A stretch of DNA of 56,261 nucleotides, the filler included, from Dirinaria sp. TL-2023a (taxonomy: Eukaryota), in the NCBI GenBank assembly GCA_051941275.1. It is 5 parts of 5 records of this genome, joined end to end, with 100 filler letters (N's around TTAATTAATTAA, not from the genome) between each part and the next. Parts side by side here need not be neighbours in the genome. Positions count along the whole stretch, not along the records: positions 11,285 to 22,454 come from JAVEBF010000865.1; positions 22,555 to 33,724 come from JAVEBF010000866.1; 3 more parts are not named here. The stretch is one strand, 5' to 3'. How positions within the stretch are numbered: position 1 is the stretch's first letter; every line of letters starts with the position of its first letter. A program made the translations under genes and the position numbers. Below are positions 13,413 through 27,100 of this stretch, piece after piece. The notes under the pieces are model-generated. The model was not told where the DNA came from, did not search any database, and saw nothing but the letters and a program-made list of their open reading frames with translations.

Positions 13413-14825
13413 GTCGTTGAGAAAGTGGAATGAGGAGCGATTCGAAGCCGGTATGATATTGATCGACGGGGCCGAATTTGAAACGTCAATGGCTTGATGC
13501 CACCACTGCACGTCGGAGGCGCAATACGAGGTACAGTATAGGCGCAGATACGCTAGCACGCGCAGTCAGATCTTGTCGCCTTTGCTGATCATAGAACCTG
13601 TTGTCGGGTCTAGTGATTGCAGAAGAAAAGAAAGAGTCGCTGGTTTGCATGTGGTTGAAGTGAATGGGCGAATGCACGGTGGGTGAATCGACGTCACGGA
13701 AGCGTTTTGGGCAAGGAGAGGCAGGCAGTTTCAGCGCAGCTGAAGGTAATGCATTTCAGGAGGGAGGAAACAGTGTCGACAATAAGGCTACCGGGCGCAC
13801 TTCAAAAGAATTGCTCGTAGGGCGAATAAAGGAAGTTGGTAAGGGACATAAGGGATTTGGCGGATTGTCGATTTTCCTGACGGCATCTTGTGATTTGGCA
13901 ACCTTTGAAATTCCCTAGAAAAGCGCCGTCATGAGTTGGGCTTGTGATTGGCTGAGCGCGGATTTGCGGTGGAAATTCGACTCGTGCCCCCTGCATAAAG
14001 TACTTACAGCAAATGTACTCCGTACAGTACATACCTTACTGCAGTGACAACTACCCTTTTCCCTCACATGGAGTACTGTTAACTGTATATGCTATTGGAG
14101 TACACTACTGTACATGCATTTAACATCCGTTTTAACCTAACAACAGTTCGGCGACTCCCATTTCTCGACTGCGATTAACATCCTCATTATTCACACAGTA
14201 TTATTATTAGGTTTATCAATTCTCATACCCTCCCTCGCCTCCCTTCCTCCATCCTTGGCCGACGCCCCGCAATTATAATGACCCGCCACTTGCATCACAC
14301 AAATGTATGTTCATGAGCCTTGAGAATTGAGATATCACCATCGTCACATCCCCCAGCACCTCCAAAGTCTTCCCGAGCTACTGTGGGCTTGTCTGTCACA
14401 TAAGGTGCCTTACTTACCGTACATCTCCTTCAGAAGCTGTAAGAAGCCTGTTGGCTGCCTCGACCATTCTCCCGTGCCTTTTATACTTACCGGTAAGGTA
14501 GTCGTCGAGCAAATTTGTGCGAGGTCACTCTAAGCCTCATTCCGTGTCCAATCACCATCTCGCCATTTGGCGCTTGCTTCATGAAAGCACAGCAGTCACT
14601 TACGCCACACATCTCTGCAGCGCACCGATCTGTTCATATCATGGTTCGAGCTCTCAATTGCATGTCAGATCTTTGAAACACGAGCATTGCCTCGTCCTTG
14701 ATCGCGTGCAGGAAAAATCAGTATCGGGCAGAGAACGATACCGCAGCTACCGAACATCACGTGCTCTCTAAGCATTTGAATCAACTCTCGATCGAGGATA
14801 CGCGCATATCCCAGTCACGCTCATC

Positions 14826-15644
14826 ATGAAGTCTGTGTACGATCTACTCGGCGCTACGAAGCCTTTCGATCCTTCCTATCGCTTCGTCACGTCTTGGCTG
14901 CTGCCTCCAGTCGCGCTCGCTATTATTCGCTTCCTCCTCTCACTCTATGTCTTCACCACCATCTTCTTCACTTTTGGGTGGTACGACTCACACCATCAAT
15001 CTATTACTGCTAGACAATCCTTTTCCTATTTCACCGACCTAGGATACTGGGGCCTAGCCTTCTACTTCCTCTTCAGCAGCCTCCACACATTCTCATACCT
15101 TCGCAGAGGAGGTCCATGGCTACACCGCTGGCCAAGGCCATTGCAGGCGGCGCATGCAATTTTCTACACCACTATAGTGACGTATCCGATATTGATAACG
15201 GCGGTGTTCTGGGCGATCCTATACAAGGGTCACTGGTTCCCCGTCATTTTCAATGCTTGGTCGAATACATCCATGCACGCGCTGAATACTGTCTTTGCGT
15301 CTTTTGAGATTTTCATGACCCGGACCTCGCCTCCCCCACCATCGCATCTAATAATCTTGATCATAATTCTCGCCATGTACGTGGGGTTGGCGTACCTCAC
15401 GCATGACACAGAAGGCTTCTATACCTATGACTTCCTCGATCCAAGTAACGGAAATGGCAAGGTTGCTGGTTACGCCTTCGGAATACTGGCCGCTATAATT
15501 GTCATTTTTGGGGTTGTATGGTGTGTCATATGGGTCAGAAGGTGGCTTACCGAAACGATTCTCGGGTTTGAGGCAAAGTCTTCCAGGGAACAAAGAGACG
15601 ACGATCTGGTCGATACGGAGATGACAGTCCAGAGGACGAAATAG
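14826..15644 (+). CDS. Multi-pass membrane protein, FAR-17a/AIG1-like
   Basis: Intronless 272-aa ORF with about 6 TM segments; motifs SFSYFTDLGYWG, NTSMHALN and FYTYDFLDP. Confidence 0.75.
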   Translation: MKSVYDLLGATKPFDPSYRFVTSWLLPPVALAIIRFLLSLYVFTTIFFTFGWYDSHHQSITARQSFSYFTDLGYWGLAFYFLFSSLHTFSYLRRGGPWLHRWPRPLQAAHAIFYTTIVTYPILITAVFWAILYKGHWFPVIFNAWSNTSMHALNTVFASFEIFMTRTSPPPPSHLIILIIILAMYVGLAYLTHDTEGFYTYDFLDPSNGNGKVAGYAFGILAAIIVIFGVVWCVIWVRRWLTETILGFEAKSSREQRDDDLVDTEMTVQRTK

Positions 15645-16351
15645 CGACCCAACGGATTTCTTTGCAGATTTGTTTTCCACATGCTCAGTGGAGACTATCT
15701 CTCGCAGATCTTTCCCCTCCTCACGACGACGGAGGGAGAAGATATCTATTGCGTACCTTATGTGGTACATGAGAGGTTAACAATAGTCAGATTCAGCAAC
15801 TAAGGCTGCTTCACGTGCATACTATTGGATTATGCAAGAAAATTGCAACCAGCAATCAGCAGCATGACCCTTTCAGCTCGCCGTGGTCCCAGAAAGCAAA
15901 TACCCCCTTCCGTTTAATGCGAGGCTGCCCTCCCATGGAGCAGAAATTGGACTTCTGGTACATTATTACAGCCTCCGCTCAAGGGGGACCATTATAAACC
16001 AGCAGCACCAGGAGAATGGCGAGGTCTTAAACGTCCTACCGGGGATTAGAATCAAAGCCAAGCGAGATGCTCTTGAAATCCTGGACAACGCCTTTAGCTT
16101 TCGGCCTCCTTTTTTGACGTAACAATTTTGCCTTACTAAAAGACAAGTCTCGCACAAGTCATGTCTCCCAAGCCACCTCCATTGGCACTCAAAGCATGTG
16201 AAACTCCTGGAATAATAAATCTAAGAAGTTCGTCTTCAATTTGGACCTACGCAAAAGTAGATAACGCGATCATTAAGCTCAGCTACAGTGATTCTTATAT
16301 CTAACAAGAGTGTTACTGGTACGACTGGCTCGTTTCTTGCAGCACTGCAGG

Positions 16352-17569
16352 TCAAGCTTCCTCCTTACTCACCACCTTCCCCTCTTTCACCAAGCCCGGC
16401 GCCAGCCACGGCCTTCCCGGCTTTCCATCGATCGGCAGCTCGTTCAAGAAACCCCATTGACTCCTCGCCTTCCATCCATTGGCTTTCCACTGGTTCAATG
16501 TACCGTGCGGGAACCAATCCACTACATCCAACAAGCCGCCATCATGCGCTAAGCATACAAATACGTCTTCAGAAGCATCGAACTCCTCTAGCTTCTCCAC
16601 GCTCTGCTGTGCCGCTGGAGGATCGACGTACCATCCTCCGGGCTCCTGAGTCACTTGGTAAAACCTTGATGTCCGTACATTGGGCGGATCAGGGTGCGAT
16701 GGAGCGAACACGGAGCAAGGGCAGGGCATGCGAAAGCGAGGCTGATCAAGGGGGACAGAGGCAGGGATCTCAGCTGGCATTGGAGCATACGGAGAAGGGC
16801 GGAAAGAACCGCCGAAGTGGCAAACGTCACCGCCCATGAAGACGAACGTTGTCGGTGTACTGCGTGCGAGAGCGGAAATGTGTCCGATAGCGTGGCCAGG
16901 GACGTCGAGGATGTAAAAGCTACCATCGCCGAAGAGGTCATAGAACGGGTATTGGCCAATCTTGTTGGAGGATTTAAAGGTGACTTCATGAATTGTGCGG
17001 CCTCTATGACGGATGTTAGAATGAGAAGTCGTCATTGCGGATCAATGGGGAGCTTACTCGAGATCCTTTTCAAGAAATGGTGAATCCTCCTTCAAAGGGT
17101 AGCCGGGCATGAAGGCTTCCTTAACGCCTGGGCCGACATATAAGTCCGTGGTCTTTGGAAACAAGGACATGTCTCCTATGTGATCCCAGTGCCAATGGCT
17201 CCACACAACACCATCGGCCTTGCTATCGTCTTCTCCACCCTCTCGGAGGACCTCATTGATGCTTTTCGTTACGTTTAGCGCGGGAATCTTATTCTTGATT
17301 GAGGACGCCCCAGCAGGAGCATGGTTCCACCAATCCTTGCGGCAGCCAAGGTCGAAAATGATCGTCTTGCCTAACTGCTTGTTCTTGATCAAGAAAGCGC
17401 AAGTCCGCATATTCATAGTTTCGTGACCTTTCTGGACGGGCTGTATGAAGGCGTTGGCTGGCGCAACCATGTTAGTAGTCGTGTCTACAATGTGCACTTC
17501 CACCACGGAGTCTGATTGAGGGAGGTTGAGCGATGGGCTCGGTTTAGGTTGGATGACTTGATCGGCCAT
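16352..17569 (-). CDS. Metallo-beta-lactamase-fold hydrolase (AHL-lactonase/AttM-like); 2 exons
   Basis: Motifs IIFDLGCRKD, SHWHWDHIGD (HxHxDH), DLFGDGSFYILDVPGHAIGH, FMGGDVCH and CLAHD. Intron 17004-17057 joins the two ORFs in frame. The start is probably MADQ at 17569. Confidence 0.9.
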
Positions 17570-18297
17570 GGTCGCTGTGTCAATTGAGAACGTAAGAATG
17601 GTTAAGAAAAATAGGAAATAATGGAACAATATGGCTGGAAAGAAAAAGCTACCAAGTACGCAACGGAAGTCTGTATGAGGGGAGCTTCAATGCGGGGGAG
17701 TAAGCATAGCGTTCGGAGGAGAGCGGCTTGACGTAGCCATAGGTGTAAGGATCAAAAGTCGTGGCTACACGCAGATTGCAAAGATTGGCCAGAAACTCTG
17801 AAGCAGAGCTGGCTGATAATGAGAAGATGCTGTAGAAGTATGACTTCTGGTCTCGGAAAATTAATAATCTAGCTGCTTTGGGATGGAGGAAAGAAATCGT
17901 GGCCGACTGAGATGTCACTGGGTTGGTGCAAAGGGGAGGACTCGGCTTTTACGAAGACGATGATCAATCAACTTATCCCTTGGTTGAGTAAAGCATGAAC
18001 AGAAATGCCTTTGTGGAGTTATTTGTAAAACCTGCCATTTGCCGATGACATTTGGGAATGGAATAATGGCCTGAGAGTTGAGACTTGGGGAAGTTTTTAT
18101 CATCTATACCTACCTAAGAGCAGAGCGATGCGCCGATTAGGGCCTGCCATGACCCGTCGGGCCGTCGGCAACGCATCCCTCTACTCTCCTTGTCTGTCCC
18201 GATAAACAATTAAACCCTGAAAAAGCCCTAATAAGTAAATCTCTCGGCTGCACCACCGGGCACCACGCCTGTTCTCATACGAATTCCCTTGCTCATT

Positions 18298-21200
18298 ATG
18301 CAAAATGTAGCTTTCGGTGCAGCACGGAAAGTTCGAATATCGTTATGGGTGTGCCGATCGTCAGAGCAGATCGTCGGGTCGCTATTGTCTCCTCGGTTGT
18401 CCTTCCAACAGCCATGGTACGGCAAGCCATGGACAACCTGTTGGAGAGGAGCCAAGTCCAAGGCGACCTTGAAGGTCGGAGAATTGCCACAAGGAAGCCT
18501 TGGAGCCGGCCAGGATTTGGAAAAGAGCAATGATGATAGTCCTGGGTACCCGGCAGTGGTCCAGCAGGCTTGGAACAACATGCAAAAATTCCATGACTGT
18601 GTGGTTCTGACTAGAGTCGGCAATTTCTACGAGGTATGTATATTTCCCGAGTGAACACTTGACACGGTCTGACATTTTGATCAGCTCTATCTTAACCAGG
18701 CAGACAAGTATGGACCACTTCTTAATTTGAAGGTTGCGAAGAAGAAGACTACAGCGGGCCCTGTGTCCATGGCAGGCTTCCCCTTCTTCCAGCTTGACCG
18801 ATTCCTGAAGATCCTTGTGCAAGAATTCAATGAGTCGGTGGCTATCAGCGAAGAGTTCGCGAATAATGCCTCGGGGAAAGTGAAGTCCGGAGGACTGTTG
18901 TTTGACCGTAGAATTACTAGAATCATCACGCCTGGAACCCTGATCGACGAGAAATTTATGAATCCATATGAGAACAACTATCTTTTGGCTTTGAGCCCAT
19001 TAGCGAATGTAGACAGCTCTTGTCAATCAACTGCCAATTTTGAAACAGATGCTAAATCTGCAACAACTGCCCCAGGCCAACTTCTGTCCTCACTGCGTGT
19101 CGGTCTGGCCTGGCTTGATCTGTCGACTGGTGATTTTTACACACAAACCATCGTCGCAGGAAGCCTCCCTTCAGCCCTGGCACGGATTAGTCCTCGAGAG
19201 GTTGTCATCGATAAATACCTAGACGTCTCATTATACGAGAGCCTGGTCCATATGTTCGAGCAACAGCGTCAACTGATCACTTGTCACGGAGTTCAGCATA
19301 AGTACCTCTCTATTGCAGAATGGTCACCGATGCTGGAGAGCGCAGTTGCAGCTGAAACCCAAGTAACCTTTACCGCCGAAGAGGTGGCCGCTGGAGGGCT
19401 TTTGCTTAGCTATGTCAAGGAGAAACTTCAAGGCGCTGGAATGAAGCTGCAATCACCAGTTCGAAAGCAAACTAACGATGTGATGGTAATTGACAAAAAC
19501 AGTCTACGAGGATTGGAGATCCTTCAAACTTCCAAAGAGGGTATCGGAGGTGGCAAAGGTAGTCTCTTACACTCTGTTCGACGGACGGTGACAAAAGGGG
19601 GTACGAGATTGCTGAAAGAATGGATAGGTATGGTCTTCCCTGCCGAGAACCTATCGTGCGCTTCACGCTGCGAACTACTCTCTCGTTTCCATACAGCTTG
19701 GGGATAAGATACGGGTTTCTAATAAGCTTTGTTCAATTTAGCTTCACCTTCGTTTTCGTTACAGATCATCGAAGCGAGGCTTGACCTCGTCTCACGTCTT
19801 TTTGCCGATCGAGCTTTTAAGGCCGACATGACCGCTCTTCTGCGTCGTACGCACGACTCCCAACGCATTGTGCAAAAGTTTTCCATGGGCCGGGGCGACG
19901 CTGACGATTTGGTTGCCCTTCTTCGAAGCATCGAGGCCACCGATGAAATAGTGAGTGTTATATCTCAGAATATTCCGCGCCACGTACGCGATCCAACGTC
20001 ACCAGACGTGTTGCCTGATACTGCTTTCAGCCAACTGCGGAGTCGTATATCTCTGGAAAGGCCGATAGCCTTGGCAAAGTTCATTGCCGACGCAATCGAT
20101 GAAGATGGCTTAACGCAAAGCCATAACCTTGAGGAAAGCGATACCGCAAATATGGTCACGCTGGCTCAAAACGTCTTGCAGAGCGAAGGCACAGACGAGG
20201 ATAAGAATGCTTTAACAGGGGTTACGCGAGCCAAAGCTCGCAATCAAGACGTCCTTGAAGAGGGTGCTGAGGAAGCAGACACATGGATCATGCGAAAGAC
20301 GGCAAGCCCAATATTAGCGGCACTACACGAGAAATTGAGTGATTTGTATCAGGAGAGAGCGCGGCTCACTATCAAATTGAGGACGCAATTTGGTGCTAGC
20401 AGTCTTACATTGCGATGGGCACCTGGATTAGGGCACTTCTGCCATATCAAAGGAGCCAGGGATGTCCGGACATCTTTGAAGACACCTGTCAACACAAGGG
20501 ATGTGAAGGCCAGCAAGTCAACTCGGTCATTCCACCACGGAGACTGGAACCATCTAGGGGGCCAGATAGACCAAGCTAGACTGCGGATCAAGGCTGAGGA
20601 GCAAAAAGTCTTCCAAGCACTGCGTGAACAAGTTGTCATAAACCTGGTGCAGCTTCGACGCAATGCTGCTGTCTTGGATGAGCTAGATGTTGCTTGCTCC
20701 TTCGCCACGCTTGCAGTAGAGCAAGGGCTGGTCAGACCAGTTGTAACCGAAAAACCCAGTCACCGAATAATTGGAGGGAGACACCCAACCGTCACGATCG
20801 GTCTTGAAGAGGAAGGTCGGGCGTTTGTCAGCAATGACTGTTCAATCGGCGAGGATGAGCGCATCTGGTTGATTACCGGTCCTAACATGGGCGGGAAGAG
20901 GTACTTAGCTCAAACAGCCTCCGGGGGCTCCGCTGATTGCTTACATGATGTTTAGCACCTTCCTTCGTCAAAATGCGCTCATATCGATCTTGGCTCAAGT
21001 GGGCTCATTCGTGCCAGCCGATTATGCCGAAATTGGGCTCGTTGACCAGATCTTTACGCGCATCGGATCTGCCGACGACCTTTTCCGGGACCAATCCACC
21101 TTCATGGTTGAAATGCTTGAAACGGCAGCGATCCTCAACCAGGCCACGGCACGGTCATTTGTGGTCATGGATGAGATCGGCCGTGGCACCACGCCTGAGG

Positions 21201-21592
21201 ACGGTCTTGCAATCGGATTTGCGTGTCTGCATCAGCTATACCACCGCAACCGATGTCGGACGCTCTTCGCGACGCATTTCCATGCCATCGCCGACATGTC
21301 TCGTGATTTCGAGCATTTGGGCTGCTACTGCACCGATGTCGAACAAGACCTGTCTGGCGCGTTCTCGTACGTTCATCGCCTACGGCGGGGCGTCAACAGA
21401 CGATCTCATGCTCTCAAAGTGGCGCGCTTGGCAGGTGAGCACAGAAAAAAAAAAGGCATTGGAGCATTCGGCTAATCCGTTGTAGGTGTCCCCAAGGCTA
21501 CGATAGAGGTTGCGCACAAGGTCTTGGAGAGCTTGCATCAGCAGCCTCTGACGCCATTTGAAGATGTGCAGCCTCGAGCAGCGGCAGCATGA
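18298..21592 (+). CDS. MSH1: Mitochondrial MutS homolog 1; multi-exon
   Basis: LTRVGNFYE mismatch-binding motif, MAGFPFFQLDRFLKILVQ, RIITPGTLIDE, Walker A ITGPNMGGK/STFLRQNAL, STFMVEM, MDEIGRGT, TLFATHFH and SHALKVARLAG. The N-terminus is basic and presequence-like. Confidence 0.94.
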
Positions 21593-22454
21593 TTGCAAAG
21601 CATGGGCAAAGTAAGCTCGAACCATGGAGTGGGAATGTTCGCACAGCCACGCTTTCCCGTCTGGTGTGTGGGATACAGTCATGTCCAGACCGAATACATT
21701 TCAAATGGCGCCCTCGGCTATACCCTGGACTTAGGCCGAAGCGTTGGAGAATGGGGCCGCCAAAGCAGGTTAAAGAAACCACAATTGTCTGAAACTGCAC
21801 TCGGACAATGCTGCTTCCAGGTTGGGGTTCACGGGGATCCACAGGCACAGGCCATATGGATGTAGGGCATACAACGGGTTTACCGTAAGTCGCTCGGAAC
21901 GCGAATTCCGAGGCTCACCCACCACTACCAACGGCAAAAGACATCATCGGAGAGTGTTTGGGGGTTGTTGGAGAATGGCCCCAAGCAATCTTGCCTCAAC
22001 GGGTACTGTGTATATCAGGCAAACGGATCAGCCTATCAGGATCCTTCAGGTGCTGGAATTTAAACGCCAAAGCTTCAAATCCCCCCCAAGTCCTCCTTCG
22101 CTTCGCTTCTTGCACCATTATTTCGGAATCGAGTTTACAATGGGACGGGAGTGCGAGTACGACAATCGAAAACATGGACTACTGGCGATGGAATATCACA
22201 CGACACAGTAGTAATAACGCTGGTCCCCCATTCTCCACGCAAGGCAATAACTAATCTGGAATTTTTTGATGCGTTTTGCTCCTTTACTAATGTAACTTGA
22301 GCGACAAAGTATCAGTCAACGGAGCCTTAGCCGTATGCTCGTCGCTGACTGCTTACCTCACCCTCAACCCGCCTCAGAAGCTTGCAGCTACCTAGTCTTG
22401 CCTCTTGCTAACGCCTCCCCGATGATGGTGGCTTGCATTACCTATATGCATGTA

Positions 22455-22554
22455 NNNNNNNNNNNNNNNNNNNNNNNNNNNNNNNNNNNNNNNNNNNNTT
22501 AATTAATTAANNNNNNNNNNNNNNNNNNNNNNNNNNNNNNNNNNNNNNNNNNNN
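22455..22554. other. Artificial contig spacer
   Basis: N44-TTAATTAATTAA-N44. Confidence 0.99.
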
Positions 22555-22716
22555 CCCCAGCACCTCCACCGTTCCCTGGCTGGGTCAAAACACCCATCCT
22601 CCCGCCCCGATATCTTTTCTTTACGTCTGAGCATCCAACACTCTTTTCCTCCCTCTGAAGACCTTGTGTCACTTCCGCTCGTTGCTGTCTGGAAAACCTT
22701 CCCCTCCACATAGACC

Positions 22717-24185
22717 ATGGAGCAACAGTCGTTTCCAATGGAGCAGCGAAGACCCTACCAAACATACACCGCTGCCACCTCGGCCACAGCCACACCAATG
22801 CGGCCTGGCACTCCAGAGCAAGACTCCATCCAACATGCACCTCGAGGTACCGGGACAAACCCTTTTAGCACACCCTTTGGTTCAGGTCCCGGCTCGAGGA
22901 ATGCCTCGTCCTCGGCCGTCAACATGCACCACGAGATGCAAAACCAAAAATACTTTCACTCTCGGAGAGTGAAGAAGGGAGAGATTGAGAGGCCGTGGTT
23001 GGACAAGAAAGATCCCAGGGAAAAATGGGTCACCATCATCCCCTTGATTGGCCTTGCCTTGGGGTTTTGTCTCGCCGGCTTCCTCATCTACGACGGGTTG
23101 AAGACTGTTGTCAAGCACGAATACTGCCCAGTCTTGGATGATGATTTCTCTGGTGGCCTCGACACTAAGATCTGGACCAAGGAAGCGGAAGTCGGAGGCT
23201 TCGGGTACGCCCTGATGGACTTGCAAAAAGCTCTTGGATGTTATCGCTAACCCTTATGTCTAGTAACGGTCAATTCGAAGAGACGACTGTCACCGACGAG
23301 AATGTCTTTATCCAGGACGGCAAGCTTACCATCAAGCCAACTCTTCAAGACGCATCGCTTATTCAAGCGAACGGTGTGCTCGATCTACAAAAGCAAGGCA
23401 TCTGTACCTCTGATGTGTGGGCTAACTGCCATGCCGTCACTAACTTGACGAACGGCTCCATCATAAACCCTGTCAAGTCTGGCCGTATCAACACCAAAGC
23501 CGGAGCCACCATCAAGTACGGCCGTGTCGAAGTTACTGCTACGTTGCCTCAGGGTGACTGGTTGTGGCCGGCTATCTGGCTTCTACCGGTGAAGGATACA
23601 TACGGACCGTGGCCGCAGTCTGGTGAAATTGATATCGCCGAGTCACGTGGTAACAACTATACCTATGGGCAAGGTGGAAACAACATCGTTTCCAGTGCTC
23701 TCCACTGGGGTCCCAACAGTGCCAACGATGGTTGGTGGCGGACCAACGTTAAGCGAAACGCCCTTCACACGACCTTCAGCAAGAAGGAACATACCTTTGG
23801 ATTGGAGTGGAGTGAGAAGTATCTGTTCACCTATATAGATACCCGTCTTCTCCAAGTTCTGTACACCGGCTTCAACCAGCCATTCTGGCAGCGTGGCCAG
23901 TTCCCCCTTTCCAGCTCTAATGGTACCCGTCTCCAGGACCCTTGGAGTCAGACTGGCAATCCCGCCACTCCTTTCGACCAAGAATTCTATCTGATCCTGA
24001 ACGTTGCGGTTGGTGGCACCAACGGATGGTTCAAGGATGGAGCTTCTGGCAAGCCATGGGTTGACCAATCGCCCACCGCCAAGAAGGATTTCTGGGATGC
24101 CCAGAGCCAATGGCTCCCAACATGGGAGAAGAATGGGCAGATGCAAGTCAGCCGTGTCAAGATCTGGCAACAAGGGGCATGCTGA
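22717..24185 (+). CDS. Type II membrane-anchored GH16 beta-glucanase / beta-1,3-glucan-binding-like protein; 2 exons
   Basis: TM segment WVTIIPLIGLALGFCLAGFLIY; EVGGFG/NGQFE across the intron; PVKSGRINTK, GDWLWPAIWLLP, catalytic WPQSGEIDIAE (ExDxxE) and PFDQEFYLILNVAVGGTNGWF. Confidence 0.92.
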
Positions 24186-27100
24186 GCGCTTCGCCTTTAA
24201 TCTCGATCAATGAACATAGACATTATTTATTATTATTGACGGCGCTCGCAATTGGCTTTGGGACGGGTATTCCGGATGTTCACAGTTGGGTATTGTGAAG
24301 TCTATCGACGAGTGCTGGTAGTACATATTACCCGATCTCGTTGCGGAGTCTGCAGGCAGCGTGGGCAGAGGGGTTTGTTTCATGCACAGCTAAAACATAT
24401 TGAGTGCATATAGATTTCGCGGAGGACTTCACTTGGGTCAACTTAACGTCATTTGTTAATATACTATACTACGCATCCTTATGTAATGTCTTCTACATGA
24501 TTCCCCACCCGCGGTTACAAGTCGGGGAGATGGTGAAGACGCCTGAACTTTGACTACTTCCGGGCTCTGAATTACATGGAAGCATGGCCTTGATTCTGCT
24601 GTTTCACCGCAAAAGAGTACTTCGAAACATCTTCAACCAGGCTGGCAGGCATATTGTGCTTGGGTTGAAGATTGAGACTCACACTTGTGTCATTTTTTGC
24701 GTGGCATCATGGCATGGTGCGCTCGTTCCTCTTGTGCGGCGTCTGGGTTCTTACAAGGAACGATTGAGTCTGTCTTGGAAAGCTACTGGGATGGCCATGT
24801 CGCATCTGCCACCTTGGAAGATCTTAAAGCGGGTAAACTCTACGACGATCGACCAAATTAGGCAATGAACCAAGGAACGAGGTTAAAGCCGCAATTTCGG
24901 CTTTTCACAGCGCATCGCTAGAGGAGATAGGGCGCGACAGTCGGGCGGCCTGCCCAAGCACGTTCTCCGATTTTTGCAGCGCATATGCGGCGATATGTAA
25001 GCTGACGTATTTACGAAAACATACGAGAAGTTCGAGACCTCACCTCTTCACTGCTGCTGAGCACGATGCCCCGTACGTGGATCGATTGGAAGTATTCTCG
25101 ACAAGATTCGGGTCCCGGCAAGCTGCACGGATCTGTTCCTTCCAACATCTGTGCCCGTTGAATAAACTAGTACCTGAGGGTACTCACCATGTACCTGGAT
25201 TGAAGCCAGCACAGCCACTAGTCCTCCCGAGCACACCGTTCTGGCGACAATCTTCTGCCTGAACGGTTAGAGAGGCAAAAGGATCAGCCGGGATTTTGAG
25301 TCGTTAGATAACGGCTTTCAAGAGCTAGGAGGAGATAGTGCCATTCGCCAATGTCTATTAGTCCGGCTGGTAGGCTTGTCGATTCTTTCCTGTCGCTACC
25401 ATATCAGCTGACGATGAGAACACTTTGTAGCGATAACTGTCCTAGACTTTTGACTGCGAGAACCAGCTGGCTTGGCTCCTGTAAATAGAGAATGAGCCAA
25501 AGCGATCTTCTAGGCGGGCAAGCCAACAGAGAAGCGAAGTTCTTCTGCGCAAATGCAAACATCGCCATCGGCACGGCACCATCCTACAACACCAAACCTG
25601 CCAAGCCAACGGCCGGACGCCAACTATTTCTACATACTGATACAACAGCGAGACTACGATAAGCACCAGGATCTGCAAGTGTCAACAGACAACAGATTCT
25701 GCGCCAGATGCCACCCAGATTATTATTCCGACCACCTGCGAGGGGTTTCACGCGATCTCGGCGATCTCTCAGACGTTATTATCCGAGTCGTGGTCGTTTG
25801 TACTTGTCAGTGATGTTGTTGTAAGTGGTGTTTGCGTGGTCTGCGCCCAGTTCAGTGTGTTTGCGCAGAATCCCGCAGGCCAGGCCGGAAAGGCCGGAAG
25901 GCCGGAAGCTCGATCACGCAAGCAAGAGCTTTGGTGCGCTTGAGGCATGGCAAAGTCTCTTGAGAATCGAACGACTCAGATCGCTGCTGCTAGGGCGAGT
26001 GCCTTGGGTAGACCAGGTGAACGGCTTGCTTATGTACTTTCTCTCCTGCCATGGTGGTGTACAGTGTGTGCCCACGCTCGCTGGCATATGTTCAGCCCAA
26101 TGAATTTCGTGAACGGAGCACAGGTGGTATGGAGGCACATGAAGCAGGGATTGAAGCCATGGCCCATACGTTGGTTGAGCGGCAAGCGAAGAACACGAAC
26201 GGCCAGCGTGCGAATTGCAGGGAAGCGGCAGGTAGGGTGCAGTAGTAAAGTCAGGGTAGTTGGAGTGGACGATTGCCTCTTGTTAGCAGGTCCCCAATCC
26301 CACGCCATTTTGGAAAATAGCAGCAGCAGCGGCGGCAGCCAGGATTCCCAGTATGTATTAATAGATTAATAGCATCGGGCCTTGTTTGTTCGCTCAGTCG
26401 GAGACTCGGAGGTGTGTAAGAAACGGAGTCAGGTCGGGGGTACGGTACGGTAACTTTGGGTTTCTTTTCCTTACGGCCGCGCTGGTTCTAGTGCCCAGTG
26501 CATGATCACCATCGATTGTGGTAGCGCTCGCACTGGTCCGGAGACGCTACACCGAACAGGAAGGGGAAATTTTCCGCTTGCCGGCGCTAGCCTGGTCGGG
26601 CCCAGATGCTGCCAAGACGTCCGAATTCGCTCAACCTCATCTCCTCCACTCGTCTGCTCTCTCCCCCCAGAATGACGACAATTTCCAGACACCCTAACCA
26701 CAATGGTCGAGACAAAGCTTGTTCTGGAAAGGCACCCTCCAGGGGCCGATATTAGGCATTCTTCTGCTGCCTTGAAACGGACAGGTGGCGATCTTCCATC
26801 CGGCTTGCACGGTAATCTGGAATCACTCAAACAACTGACTTTGATGGCTGCCACGCGAACCGTGCCTTGCACCCTATCTGTGGCGTCGTCTAGGCTTAGC
26901 AGCATCGAAATCAGAGATTCGAGACAGCTTTCAAATGATGCTGAGGACAAGCCACGGATATGGGGGGTTTCCCCTGCTCAGTAGCTTTTTTGCCATTTGG
27001 CATGCCCACATAGAAAGTACCACACCCGGACTTGTGTCCGGACCCGGTCTACCGGGCTTATCAGCATACCAGCCAGGTCGCTTCTACTCGTACGGCAGGC

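Noticed and set aside
21593..22454. Short overlapping ORFs downstream of MSH1
   Set aside because: No recognisable motif or consistent exon structure.
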